Shown one piece after another: positions 27,595 through 39,636 of a DNA stretch of 64,000 bases. A program made the position numbers and the translations under genes. Within the stretch, counting starts at the first letter, position 1, and each line of letters begins with the position of its first letter. Under the pieces are notes generated by a model. It searched no databases, had not been told where the DNA came from, and worked only from the letters and a program-made list of their open reading frames with translations. This DNA is from Leucoraja ocellata (taxonomy: Eukaryota): assembly GCA_036785375.1 (NCBI GenBank), contig JAWMAR010000722.1, positions 496,001-560,000 on the forward strand, in the 5' to 3' direction.

Positions 27595-27879
27595 GTGGTA
27601 GAGGTAGAGAACTGTGCAATGGGAGCAAGCTATATCAAAGAACTGGCTCAGACATTGGGTGAGAAAGACCTTGTTCCATGGAACATTAAACTCTGCTGCT
27701 TTGATTCTACTAACCTGTCTTTGTTGTTCTTGCGTCATGCCATCTCAACAGCAATTTATTTTAATTTTTTTAATTCTAGGTAGTATCCTTGAATTGGATA
27801 AGTTGATTAAGCTTTTCAGAGGGTAGTTAAGAACTAACCGTGAAGACACACTGTTGTCAACCATTATGTTAACTCCCCT

Positions 27880-28430
27880 CCCCATTCCCACACTGATCTT
27901 TCCATCCTTGGTCTCCTCCATTGCCAGAGTGAGGCCATGCGCATACTGGAGGAACAGCATCTCATATTCTACTTCCTCATATTCACATTCTCATCTTACA
28001 ACCCAATAACATGAACATTGGATTTTGCAATTTCCTGTAATCACCCTCCCTCCCCTTTCTCCCACCATTTCCCCACCCACCTCCAAGTCATCCAATTCCT
28101 TTCCCCTCCTGCGCACATTCCCGTATCCCTCTCTTTCCCCTCACTGATCCTTTCCACCCATTACTCGCCAACTTTACACTACATTCTTCCTCTTATCTCC
28201 TTTTCACCATTTTGTCACTCAATCCATCCATTTGCCATTCAAAGCCCTCTCACCTGTACTCACCTAATACCTACCTGGCTTTGTCCCGCTCCCACCTCTC
28301 TTTTTCAGCTTTCTATTCCCTAGTCCTATCAGTTTAAAGAAGGGTCCCAACGCGAAACATTGCCTGTCCATTCCCTCCATAGATGTCGCCTGACCCTTTG
28401 AGTTCCGTCAGCTTTTCATGCTCTGCTCAA
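27880..28430 (+). mobile_element. Older Penelope-like 3' end
   Basis: LEEQHLIF-like motif, long pyrimidine tract, degenerate hammerhead (tttaaagaagggtcccaacgcgaaacatt). Confidence 0.65.
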
Positions 28431-30807
28431 GAATCAACCATGTTGCCGTGGGTTTGGAATTACCTATAGGTCACAGTCTTTCCAGGGAGAAATTCAGTCC
28501 TTATAATTGTTTTTAGGCAAAGAAATGTGTGATGGGAGCTTGCAATGGTGCTTTCCTTTGGATTAGGAGGGGCTTTGCAATGATTTGTAGAAATCTTCAT
28601 GTTGCAAGCATTTGACCTGAAGGTAAAATCAGTAAAAAGAAAAACCTTCAAGCTGCCATGTTTCTTGAATTATGGGTTGAAATTACATTGTGTGTTATTA
28701 ATAGTGAATGGGATGTATGCGCTAAATCGCCATTATTAAATAAAGGTCTTGGCCTTTTCCATTCAAATTCTGATTAACGTTGCCGTAAAAATAATGGACA
28801 GAATTTCCTTCAGCATATTTACTAATACATTAGGATTAACACAGCTTTTTGCTAATGTTGCACACCGAGACTTCAGAGGTTATCTTCTAATCTCATACTC
28901 TAAATCAGCAATGCTAAGCAAAATACAGACCTTCTAACAAGCCCACAATCTTGCTATTTAGCAAAGTATGCAGCAAACTGTCACCTTGATCCCCCTTGGA
29001 TGCAGCTTTATTGATTTCTCTGACACTATTTTGAAAATCTGATGCGCAAAGAGTTTCCTGGCGTCTTCTTTGGCAAGAGTTTTAGAGTTTAGAGATACTG
29101 CATGAAAACAGGGCCTTCAGCCACCAAATCCATGCTGACTCATTTACAGTAGTTCTATGCTATCTAATTTTCTCATCCACTCCCCACGTATGAGGGGCAA
29201 TTTACAGAGGCTAGTTAACCCACAAATCCGCACGTCTTTGAGATTTGGGAGTAAACCCAGAGCACCCGGAGGAAACCCATGCGGTCATACGGAGAACATG
29301 CAAACTCCACACATACATAATCGGAGGTCAAGATCAAACCCGTGTCTCTGGCGCCGTGAGGCGGCAGTTCTACCAAGTGTGCTGATCTGACATGAGGTCT
29401 TTGATCTGAAGCATTTATTCTTTCCACAGACATTCCCCGACTTATTGAGCATTCATAGCATTTCTTGTCTTTATTTCAGATTTCCAGCAACTGCAGTTGT
29501 TTCTTCATGTTTTCACAGGGAACACATCACAGGGAGAATGTGGAAATTGCACACAACCAGCAGCCGAGGTCAGGATCGGACTCAGGTCTCTGGTTGCTGT
29601 GAGGCAGCAGCTCTACCTGCTGTGCCACTGTGCCTCCCACTGGTTGGGGTACCACGCAGCTATACAAGACATCGGTGAGGCCGCACTTCGAGTATTATGT
29701 TCAGTTTTAGTCATACTGTGACAGGAAAGATGCCATTAAGCTGGAAAAAGGGCAGAGGAGATTTACAGAGAATGTTGCCAGGGCTTGAGGGCCTAGCTAT
29801 AGGGGAAGGCTGGGCAGGCTAGGACTTTATTCCTTGGTGTGGGCTAGGACTTTATTCCTTCGAGGAGTGATCTTATACGGGCATGTAAAATCGAGGGGAA
29901 TAGAAAGGTTGAATACAAAGTCTTTTTCTGAGGGTGGGGGGAATCAAGAAGCTGAGAACATAGATTTAAGGTCAGAGGGGTAAAATGTATAAAGAACCTA
30001 AACAACAACTTTTTCACGCAGAGGGTAGTGGGTATATGGACCGAACGGCCAGAGGAAGTAATTGAAGTAGGCATGTTAGTGTTAGATAGTGTTAGTGGTT
30101 GGGAATTGGCCTGTTTGCACGCTGTATCTCTAAACTAAATAAAACTAAGCCAGTTGGAGATTAGGATTGTTTTGAGAGTTGGCATTGCCTGAATAGACCA
30201 AATGTCCTCCTAAGTCGTAAGAAAATATGAGAATTACTAATTGTGATAACATGTCTTATACTTGGACTACTAACTGGGTTAAGAAGTTCATTTTTAATCT
30301 GATAGTGATTTATTATTGACTATCTTATATTTATAGGCCTGATACCTGGACCACCTGACAAGCTGAAATATTTCCCCTTCATCTGGGTATGATGAGTGCA
30401 ATTTCTTTAAGAGTGATTGTTGTTTTGCAACAAGTTTGTGACAAGGTTCTGCAGCAGTGGATTTATTATGAGTTTTATCATGAGCCCAACAAAGCAAGAC
30501 AGTTTTTTCAGCGGAAGTTTTATGGCATTATTGCATCAGCTTGGCTCTCGTTTCCAAGTCGAGATATATCACTCGCTCAAACTCTTCTCCTGTAATCGCA
30601 AGGGAAAGTGTTGTAATTCACTGTAGATGTGGAACGATTCCCAGGAAATTTCTTGATGCAAGACAGGAGTTTTTTCCGGCGTGCCATTCAAGTCTCCTCC
30701 GTCTGAAAAGAAGGATGCTGACACCAAAACATCCCCTATGGCTGCTGCTTGACACTTTGTGTTTTGCTCAGGATCCCATTGCCAACAGTTCCTTGTGCCT
30801 TCAAGAT

Positions 30808-31128
30808 GCGGTGTAACGACAGTGCAGCAGCAGAGTTGCTGCATTACTGCGCCAGGGACCCGGGTTCTATCCCGACTACGGATGCTCATCTGCACAGGGT
30901 TTGAACGTTCTCCCCATGACCTGCGTGGGTTTTCTCCAAGAAGTTCCGGTTTCTTCCAACACTCCAAAGTCAGACAGGTTTGTAGGCTAATTAGCTTGGT
31001 ATAAATGCAAATTGTCCCTAGAGTGTACAGCATAGTGTTAGTGTGCGGGGGTTGCTGGTCAGCGCGGACTCTGTGGGGCAAAGGGCCTGTTTCCGCGCTG
31101 TATCTCAACACTAAACTAAACGAAACTG
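30808..31128 (+). mobile_element. HE1-like V-SINE
   Basis: tRNA-like head, V-domain, (actaa)n tail. Confidence 0.8.
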
Positions 31129-33737
31129 AACCTCCTTTGGCAATCTGACCAAAATCAGAATAACTAGTCAACTATCTCACTGTGGTCCCTGGAATCTGAA
31201 CATATCAGAATCAGAATAAATGGTGAGAAACCAGGAACCATTGAGGAGCAAGGTTGTTTGGGCATCCATGTATGTAACAGCACAATCAAAATCTACATTT
31301 TCCACACAAAAGGCATGGGGAAATAAGGGCCAGGCTGCTAGCCAACTGCCAAAGAGAAAACCTTTGCCGAGTACAACTCCTTTAAACGTTGCTCCTCTCA
31401 CCTCACGCTAGGTCAACTTATACTGTGATGTTTGAGAAGATTGTGATATTAACATAGAAAAGTACAGCACAGGAACCTGGAATATTTGCATCAAATATGA
31501 TGCCAAGTTAAACTAATCTCCGAAGACAGACACAGAAAGCTGGAGTAACTCAGCAGGTCAGGCAGCATCCCTGTAGAAAAGAAATAGGTGACGTTTTGGG
31601 TCGAAACCCACTGATTTACTCCATCTTATTGTGTCTGTTTCCAGTTTAAACCAGCATCTACAGATCCTTCCTACACATTTAAACTAATCTCATCTGCCTG
31701 CACGTGATCCATTATCCCTCCTTTCCCTGCATATACATGTGCCTAACTAAAAGTCTTTTAAATGCGACTATCAAATCTGCCTCCACCACCAACACTTAGA
31801 AGCACATTCCACCACACTCCGTGTAAAAGAACTTGCCGAGCACAACTCCTTTAAACGTTGCCCCTCTCACCTTTAAGCTGTGGCCTCTGGTCTCTGACAC
31901 TTCCAGGTACTTTGGTATTGAGTGATAAGGCAAGTTAATAGAATTGTGATGTGGCTCAGGCATGATGTGTTTTTGGCCTGTGTGCTAATGGGATGGCCAT
32001 GGCTCTGGTTTGCGTGGGAATGAATCCTCCGTGTCAATGGGGCAGCCGTAGACCTTGACTTGAGTTTTTGCGATTCAATTACCACTTTCTGAGTGAGAAA
32101 GTGAGTTGTACAGCACTAAAAAAGACTTCTGGGACGTGAAATTCTCCCTCAGTTAAAGGAGAATTAATGGGAAAGCTATACATCTTCAACTTTGCAACAA
32201 TGAGGCCTTATCCCATAAATATTCACACCAGGGCCAACTGTGTACTCCAGGGGTAGAATAAAAGATCTTCAAATATTTGCTACACCGAACTGTAGAGCAC
32301 AGAAATGGGCCCTTCCGGCTCATCTTGTCCATACCGATCATGATGCCTCTCTTCACCAATCCCTCTTGCCTGCCTCAGGCTCATATCCCTCTATGCCTTT
32401 CCTGTCTGTATCTGTTCACGTGCATTTTAAACACTGCAGACGTATCTGCCTTTACTACCTCCTGCAGCAGCTCATCCCAGATAGCCACCCACTCTGTGTG
32501 AAAAACCTACTCCTCAGTCTCCTTTAAATTTTGTCCCTCTCATCTTAAACCTGTGCCCTCTAGTTCTAGACACTACTGCCCTAGAAAAAAGAATTTAACT
32601 ATCCTATCTGTACCGTTCATAATTTTCTACGCCTTTACAAGATCATTCCTCAACTTCCTAGGCTCCAGTGAAAGGAACCTCAGCCTATTTAATCTCTCCT
32701 TACAACTGCAGTTCTTCATTCCCGATAACATCCCAATGAATCTCCTCTACATTGCCTCCATTGCCACACCTCCTCCCTGCCCTGTAATGAGCAAAATACT
32801 TCAAACACAATCCAAACAATCTTTTGAAGAAGGGTTTCGGCCCGAAACGTCGCCTATTTCCTTCGCTCCATAGATGCTGCTGCACCCGCTGAGTTTCTCC
32901 AGCAATTTTGTGTACCTCCAAACAATCTTTTCCCGTTTTCCCTCCCCTGCTACGATCAGTCTGAAGAGGAACCCTAGCCCAAAACATCACCCATCCATTC
33001 CCTCCACAGATGCTGCCTGACCTAGCGAGTTATCTCGTGTTTAGGATAATTTATACAATGTTTTGTACAACTGCAACATGACGTCCAGACTTCTATCCTT
33101 GATGCCTATGAAGGCTTTTACCACAGCTATAGTACCTGCAATAATCTCAGTGGTTCATCGCCATTTGTAATATATATATACTGTAAATGCCTTCATAGGC
33201 TAGGGTAATAAGAATAGTCGAGAAAATATCCATCCACCACTAACCCTTGCCTCCAATACTAAGCCTATGTTGGCTCCAGTTAAGTAACGCAGGGTGCAGG
33301 AAGGAACTGCAGATGCTGGTTTACACCGAAGATGGACATAACATGCTGGAGTAACTCAGCGGGACAGACAGTATCTCTGGAGAGAAGAAATGAGTGACGT
33401 TTCTTCAGTTTGTTGTAACCAATTCCTTCTCTCCCAAATAATGCAGAGGCTCTTTAGCAAGGATTAAAATAAACAACTGAAGCTTCACACCCGTTTTGGA
33501 ATGGTTTGAATGATTTTATGATCCATTTTTAAATGTAGTTATTGCTTTACTGGAAGGAAAGATGATTGTTGAAGGCAATTGTCAGTAGCCAATGCTTTTT
33601 TTTCATTATCTGGATCCTTGGGAATAGCACATTTGAAAAGCACTTATTTTCTACTTTTCATTCGTGAGTTATCAATCAAAACAAAATCAGCTCAAGCACT
33701 TATTACATCATAGGAAGGGAAGGTATTACCAGTAGGT

Positions 33738-34618
33738 GCAGCAGCATCTATGGAGCGAAGGAAATAGGTGACGTTTCGGGCCGAAACCCTTCTTCAGACT
33801 GATGGGGGGTGGGGGGGAGAAGGAAGGAAAAAGGGAGGAGGAGGAGCCTGAGGGCGGGGGGATGGGAGGAGACAGCTCGAGGGTTAAGGAAGGGGAGGAG
33901 ACAGCAAGGGCTAGCAAAATTGGGAGAATTCAACGTTCATGCCATCCGGACGCAAGCAACCCAGGCGGAATATGAGGTGCTATTCCTCCAATTTCCGGTG
34001 CTGCTCACTCTGGCAATGGAGGAGACCCAGGACAGAGAGGTCGGACCGATGTAAATCAGCTGACATCTAGAGCAGTGGATGCAGTAGATGAAGTTGGAGG
34101 AGATACACCTGTATCTAGATGTCAGCTGATTTACATCGGGGAGACTAAGCGGAGGTTGGGTGATCGTTTCGCCGAACACCTCTGCTCAGTCCGCAATAAC
34201 CTACCTGAACTCCCGGTGGCTCAGCACTTCAACTCCCCCTCCCAATCCCAATCCGACCTCTCTGTCCTGGGTCTCCTCCATTGCCAGAGTGAGCAACACC
34301 GGAAACTGGAGGAACAACACCTTATATTCCGCCTGGGTTGCTTGCGTCCGGATGGCATGAACGTTGAATTCTTCCAGTTTTGCTAGCCCTTGCTGTCTCC
34401 TCCCCTTCCTTAACCCTCGAGCTGTCTCCTCCCACCCCCCCGCCCTTGGGCTCCTCCTCCTCCCTTTTTCCTTCTTTCTCCCCCCCACCCCCATCAGACG
34501 TTTTGGCCCGAAACGTCGCCTATTTCCTTCGCTCCATAGATGCTGCTGCACCCGCTGAGTCTCTCCAGCATTTTTGTGTACCTTCGATCTTCCAGCATCT
34601 GCAGTTCCTTCTTGAACA
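33738..34618. mobile_element. Penelope-like element with inverted (fold-back) duplication and 15-bp TSD
   Basis: TSD gtattaccagtaggt at 33723-33737 and 34619-34633; GIY-YIG ORF CQLIYIGETKRRLGDRFAEH...KLEEQHLIFRLG (34075-34386) on +, mirrored copy on - (33738 to about 34100). Confidence 0.9.
33770..33797 (-). ncRNA. Minimal type-I hammerhead ribozyme core (best-preserved copy)
   Basis: Minus strand reads CTGAAGA-A-GGGTTTCGGCCC-GAAA-C-GTC: conserved CUGANGA and GAAA boxes, stem II, palindromic ACGU in place of stem III, GUC triplet. Stem I pairing is weak. Confidence 0.6.
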
Positions 34619-35204
34619 GTATTACCAGTAGGTATTGGTGTCTGTCATGCACTTAGTGGGTGGTTAGTTAAATATTAAACCTTGATTTAGTTTCTGTAGA
34701 CTTTAGCCTCTAACATGCTCACACAAATAATCACTTTATATCAGATGTTGATAAGATTCAGTTTTCACACGTCATTGGAGTAGCCTGTTAAGTCAAAACT
34801 CATTTCCAGTCCTAGGAGTATTTTTCCCCCTCTGTCCGATATTTGTTGCCTTGTCATTTGACTTTGTTTATTCTGCGGACTGTCTACACTTTTCCGTGTG
34901 GCTGAAAACTGCTCTTGTTTCTGCCTGCAATTTTTTTTTTGAAAAAGGCCAGGCTTTCACCCAAGGTTTACGGATGATTGCTGCTCGTGGCTCAACCGGG
35001 AGTGGACTGGGACGTTCTTGAATGAGTTGCAGGAATATTGTGCTGAAGCTTTAGCAAAGGACTTCCTCCATATCCAGGCCATTGAACAGATCAGAGGTAC
35101 ACTTAATTTTCTCACCAGTTCCCTACTGTTTGGAATGCAGTTAATTCTTTAACAAAAAAGGTGGGACGTAGAAGCAATTGGATCTGGGCCTATACTCGGC
35201 CCCG

Positions 35205-35365
35205 GTGCAGGAGGCTGAGCACGTAGCCTTGAAGTGCACCTGTGTTGATGGTCAGTAAGGAGGAGTATCTTCCTGAGGAAGTCAAGGAAGCGGTTGCAAA
35301 GGCACGTTCAGAGGTCTTGAAACTTGGTCATGAGTTTGTAGGGGTTGATTATGTTGAACACAGTT
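35205..35365 (-). mobile_element. Rex1-type RT fragment
   Basis: TVFNIINPYKLMTKF...CNRFLDFL...LTINTGALQGYVLS resembles Rex1 SAFNTIIP..L..KL / CNWILDFL / NTGAPQGCVLSP. Confidence 0.65.
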
Positions 35366-35729
35366 TTTCTCCTCATCTCCTTCCTAAAAGAACATCTGTT
35401 ACTTCTGAGGCTATACCTTCTATTGCTAGACTCTCCCACTCGTGGAAAATTCCTCTCCACATCCACTATATCCAAGCCTTTCACTATTCTGTATGTTTTA
35501 ATGAGGTCCCCCCCATTCTTCTAAACTCCAGCGAGTACAGGCCCAGTGCCGACAAATGTTCATCATAGGTTTAAGGCCCTCCTTGAAACCTATCTCCTTG
35601 ACTAAATAATTGGTCATTCCTCCTAACCTTTTGGTCTTTGAAAAGGAGCTGGGGCATTATACCTGCACCTAGAATATACATAGCCCTCTCTTAACTTTGC
35701 GGAAAACTCCACAACCGAGCTTGCCAGTG

Positions 35730-35865
35730 TTGTTGTCATATTGCTGCCTGTGGAAGCTTACTGGGCACAATTTGGCTGCTGTGTTTCCTACATTGCAACA
35801 GTGCCAATGCTCCGAAAGTTGTTTGGTAGCTGTGGGAGTTTTATTGCATGAAATAAATACATTCA
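35730..35865 (+). mobile_element. DeuSINE (SacSINE1/AmnSINE1-like) 3' part
   Basis: attgctgcctgtggaagcttactgggcacaatttggctgctgtgtttcctacattgcaacagtg resembles the recalled DeuSINE consensus. Confidence 0.5.
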
Positions 35866-36199
35866 GCCTTTATTTTTCTATGTTAACGATGATATGCAAG
35901 TGCAAGTGCAAGTTGCTACTGTTGGTGTTTTTGCCCTCATTTGTTTAGCTTAGTTTAATTTTGTTTATTATTGTCACGTGTACCGAGGTGCAGTCAAAAG
36001 TTTTTTTGTTGCCTGCTATCCAGTCGACAGTTACAATCAGATACTCCACAGTGTGCAGATACAGGAGAAGGGGTATAACGTTTACTATAAGATAAAGTAC
36101 AATAAAGTCCGATTGAAGATAGATGGGAGGTCAGGACTGCTCTCTAGTTGGTAATAGGATGGTTCAGTTGCCTGATAACAACACTGCAGTTTTGAGGAA

Positions 36200-36612
36200 A
36201 AAAGGGCGGATTTAAACGTCAAAATCTCCAGTCATTGTGTGGAGGGTGTGGCTCCTCTCCCGAATGAACCTAACTGGGAGTCGACAATGCTGTCACCAGT
36301 TGGAGCCTGAAAGTTAAGGGCCGTGGTGACCTTGACAGCTGGAAGCAGTTCAGTCGATTCTCTGGTTTGTCGTCTGGTAGATCTGCAGCGGGGGATGGAG
36401 TTCGGCAAGGCTCCGCCTGAGGAAATAAATGGATCAGCTATATTTGGCCTGGATTTTATGCTGGAGAGGAGGGGGATGATTTTCCAAAGGTCCCTCAGGA
36501 TTTAACTGAAGGTGCTCCTCAGCAAGGTTCAAAGAACGTTAGGAGCTGATTGACAAGCTGGAAGTCTTCCCGGCATGAAACCTTTTCATTAATCTAAACG
36601 CTGGAAGAGAAG
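36200..36612 (+). promoter_or_regulatory. Candidate IGSF5 promoter and non-coding first exon
   Basis: Repeat-free island with GGGCGG (36204), KLF-type GGGTGTGGC (36244), nuclear-receptor TGACCTTGA (36327) and an AAG|GTAGGT donor at 36613; the ATG exon has an acceptor, so an upstream exon must exist. Confidence 0.35.
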
Positions 36613-38388
36613 GTAGGTAGGAAGAAGGTTCATGTTAATAAGTTATAGGGGCATTCAGTCATGACTGATGTATCGTTCCCTCTCAATCCCATTCTCCTGC
36701 CTTCTCCCCATAATCCCTGACACCCTTATTAATCAAGAATCTATCAATCTCCACCTTAAAAATATATATTGACGACCTTCACAGCCTTCCACAGATTCAC
36801 CACCTTCTGACTAAAGAAATTCCTCCTCAGCTCCTTTCTAAAGTTACGTCCTTTTATTCTATGGCCTCTGGCCCTAGACTCTCCCACTAGGGGAAACATC
36901 CTCTCCACATTCACTCTATCCAGGCCTGAGGCTATTTGGACCCTTGGTTGGTACCTAGAATCTAGAGGGGCTGTTTGGATCATGGCCATAGTAAACAGTC
37001 TGTAGGTGTCCAGTGATGGCCAGGAGGGGAGGTCTTGCCTGTGGTAGGCTACTGACTGCTGTCCAGTTTGTTAATTGTGAGGCACTGTCCAGTTGATGGT
37101 AGGGAGATCTGACTGTATTAATAATAGAAATGTAGAGCGTGCAAAGGCTACTCTGCCCATCTTGCCCATGCTGGCAGGAAATGGATAACACCACTCTGAA
37201 TTTCCACCTATTCCTCACTGACCCTGCCGCTTATGGCCACACTCATGCCCTCAGACTGTGAGTTCCAGACTTCATTACATCTATTACGTTTCCATGCTAC
37301 CCACCCCAGTACCATCACATCCTTCCTGAAATGCAGTGGCCATACTGGTGCGCAGTAATTCCGCATTGTACTTTGCAGTACACACACATTTATCACAGTA
37401 GACCCAAAATGCTCGAGTAACTCAGTGAATATCATAAAGTGCTGGAGTAACTCAGTGAATCAGGCAGCATCTCTGGAGCACATGAATAGGCAACATTTTG
37501 GGTCAAGACCTAACGTCAGACCTGTTCATTTCGATGTTTTAGGTCGGGACTCTTTTTTCAGACTCTGTGGAAGGGCCCCAATCCGAAAGGTCACCTATGC
37601 ATGTCTTCCAGACATGCTGCCTGATTCACTTAGTTACTCCAGCACTTTATAATATACACAAGATTCCAGCCTTTGCAGTTCCATGTGCCTCCACATTTTG
37701 CACAGATTTTACACAGTCTAGGTGGGGCATGTTGGTTAGCATGGGCAAGTTGGGCCGAAGAGCCTGTTTCCAGACTGCTATACTGTATGACTCTAACTCC
37801 AGATTCTACCACACAACTAGGCAATAACGGCAACTTACAATAGCTGACCTTCTTCAGCAGCTTCACAGTGATCTTTTCATGACAGATTGGCGGCATGCCT
37901 TTGTTACGTGAGAAGAAACTGAAGCGCAAGGAAGAAACCCACGTGAAACAGGGTGGACATAAAAACTCGAGGTCAGGATTGAACCCAGATAGAGGCAGCA
38001 GCCCTGCTAGCTGTGCCGCTGTGTCCAAGTGCTTTAATCCCCACCAATGAAGCAAGAATCCTGTGTGTCCTTTTTTATAACTTTATCCATCTGTTCTGCT
38101 ATCCCCAGAGATTCATGAACAAAGTTTGTCTACTTAATATTTTATCACTCGTCCTCTTGTCTTCCTTACCCTTCCCGAATGCTTTTTATTTTCTCGATAA
38201 AGTCATTCTCTGTGATCTGGGTGTCCCCGGCAAGGCCAACATTTATTGTCCACCGCAGTCCTTCAGATGAAGATACTCTGACAATGACCTTTGGGAGGGA
38301 GACTTAGTATTTAAACTGAAAGACGCTAAAGGAACAGCTATATATTTCCAGTTAAGGATGGTGTGCAACTTGGAGAGAAGCTGTAGGT

Positions 38389-38601
38389 CAGGGGTTCCCA
38401 ACCTTTTTCATCCCGTTTACTCCTGGCAACTTTAATAGCACATAACAATGTTATTTCACTTATTTATGAACAACTAATGATGAACAGATACCGGTATACC
38501 AGAACCCAACACAGTCAGTCAATGAGAAAAAATATGTACAAATCCAGATCAACAAATTTACCCCCTGGGTAGCAAAATTTACCTCAGGTTGGGAACCCTT
38601 G
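38389..38601. mobile_element. hAT (Charlie-type) MITE
   Basis: TIRs CAGGGGTTCCCAACCT and AGGTTGGGAACCCTTG; perfect 8-bp TSD CTGTAGGT (38381-38388, 38602-38609). Confidence 0.9.
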
Positions 38602-38697
38602 CTGTAGGTGGTGGTGTTCGGATTGGGTCCAATGCCCTTGCCATTGTTGGTGGTGGAGATTGTGGGTTTGGGTGGTGCCGTCAGAGCAACCTGGGCC

Positions 38698-39065
38698 TTC
38701 TTAGGCCCCCCTCGGTCATGGCTGACCATGGGTGTGTTCAGGGTTGGAGGACGCCTGTGCATGACTTTGTTTAACGTGGGGAGACTGATGGACAGACAGC
38801 CACCACACGGTCCTTGACAGATCTGGGTCAGGATCCAGTGGCATGGAGTCCAAGACGACCGGAGACCCTTTTCTGCTGCAGCCTTCATCCGCCTTCCCAG
38901 CTGTTGTGAAGCTCCACTAAGGTCAGCCATCATCCTCTGCCTGTCCACTGTTAAGGTTTTGGTTGGATTGCTCTTCGTCAGGGACCTCCCCCTCGACCTT
39001 ACCACCATAGGTGGCCCTACCAGGAGCATAGCTCCAGACGGCATCGCTCTCAGGATCTCAGGCTC
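38698..39065 (-). mobile_element. Short RTE-derived non-autonomous retroposon (5'UTR-like part plus 3' end)
   Basis: Flanked by gcaacctgggcc and gcagcctgggcc (11/12 TSD); ggagctatgctcctggtagggccacc resembles RTE/Expander 5'UTRs and ccatggtcagccatgaccg...cctaagaag resembles RTE 3' ends. Confidence 0.55.
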
Positions 39066-39216
39066 GCAGCCTGGGCCATACCAGCACATTTCATAGATGG
39101 TAGATAGATGGGCTTATTTCTCCAAGATGGTGTTGAGCTGCTTACGAATTGTTGGAGCTGTATTCATTCGAGCAAGTGGAGAATACTGACCACATTTGTG
39201 GCATGCCCAACAGATA

Positions 39217-39510
39217 GTTTTAGTTTTTAGTTTCAGAGATACTGTGCGGAAACTGGCCCTTTGGCCCACCGAGTCCGCACTGACCAACGATCACCCCTAC
39301 GCTACTTCTATCTTAGACAATAGTGATGATCTACAGAAGCCAATTAACCTACGAACCCGCACGTCTTTTGAAAGTGGGAGGGAACCGGAGCGCGCGGAGG
39401 AAGCCTATGCGGTCATAGGGAGAACGTTCAAACTCCACACAGACAAGCACCCGTAGACAGGATCGAACCCGGGTCTCTGGAGCTGTAAGGCAGCAACTCT
39501 ACCACTGCGT
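39217..39510 (-). mobile_element. HE1-like V-SINE
   Basis: Complete head, V-domain and tail on the minus strand. Confidence 0.85.
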
Positions 39511-39636
39511 CACTAGATGCTGGAAAGATGTTAGGGTGTCTCGAAGTGAGTCACTCACAATAGAATTCCCAGCCTCCGACCTGCTCTTGTAACCACAGTC
39601 GACACGTGGGTCATATAACCATATAACCATATAACC

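Larger units (their letters stand above)
25780..27660 (+). mobile_element. Ancient degenerate RTE-clade LINE, interrupted by younger insertions (26155-26742, 27361-27594)
   Basis: Collinear + strand RT motifs: IGVK*GCASAPTTLLNLF (GVKQGCVLAPTLF), LEAKLQTIADSFTKACERIGFTIS, LRKRVFED; many stops and frameshifts. May extend left to about 25300. Confidence 0.7.

Noticed and set aside
30569-31171. 200-aa ORF
   Set aside because: Antisense reading through a V-SINE.
38460-39089. 209-aa ORF
   Set aside because: Runs across a hAT MITE, old CR1 and an RTE-derived element; a chance fusion.
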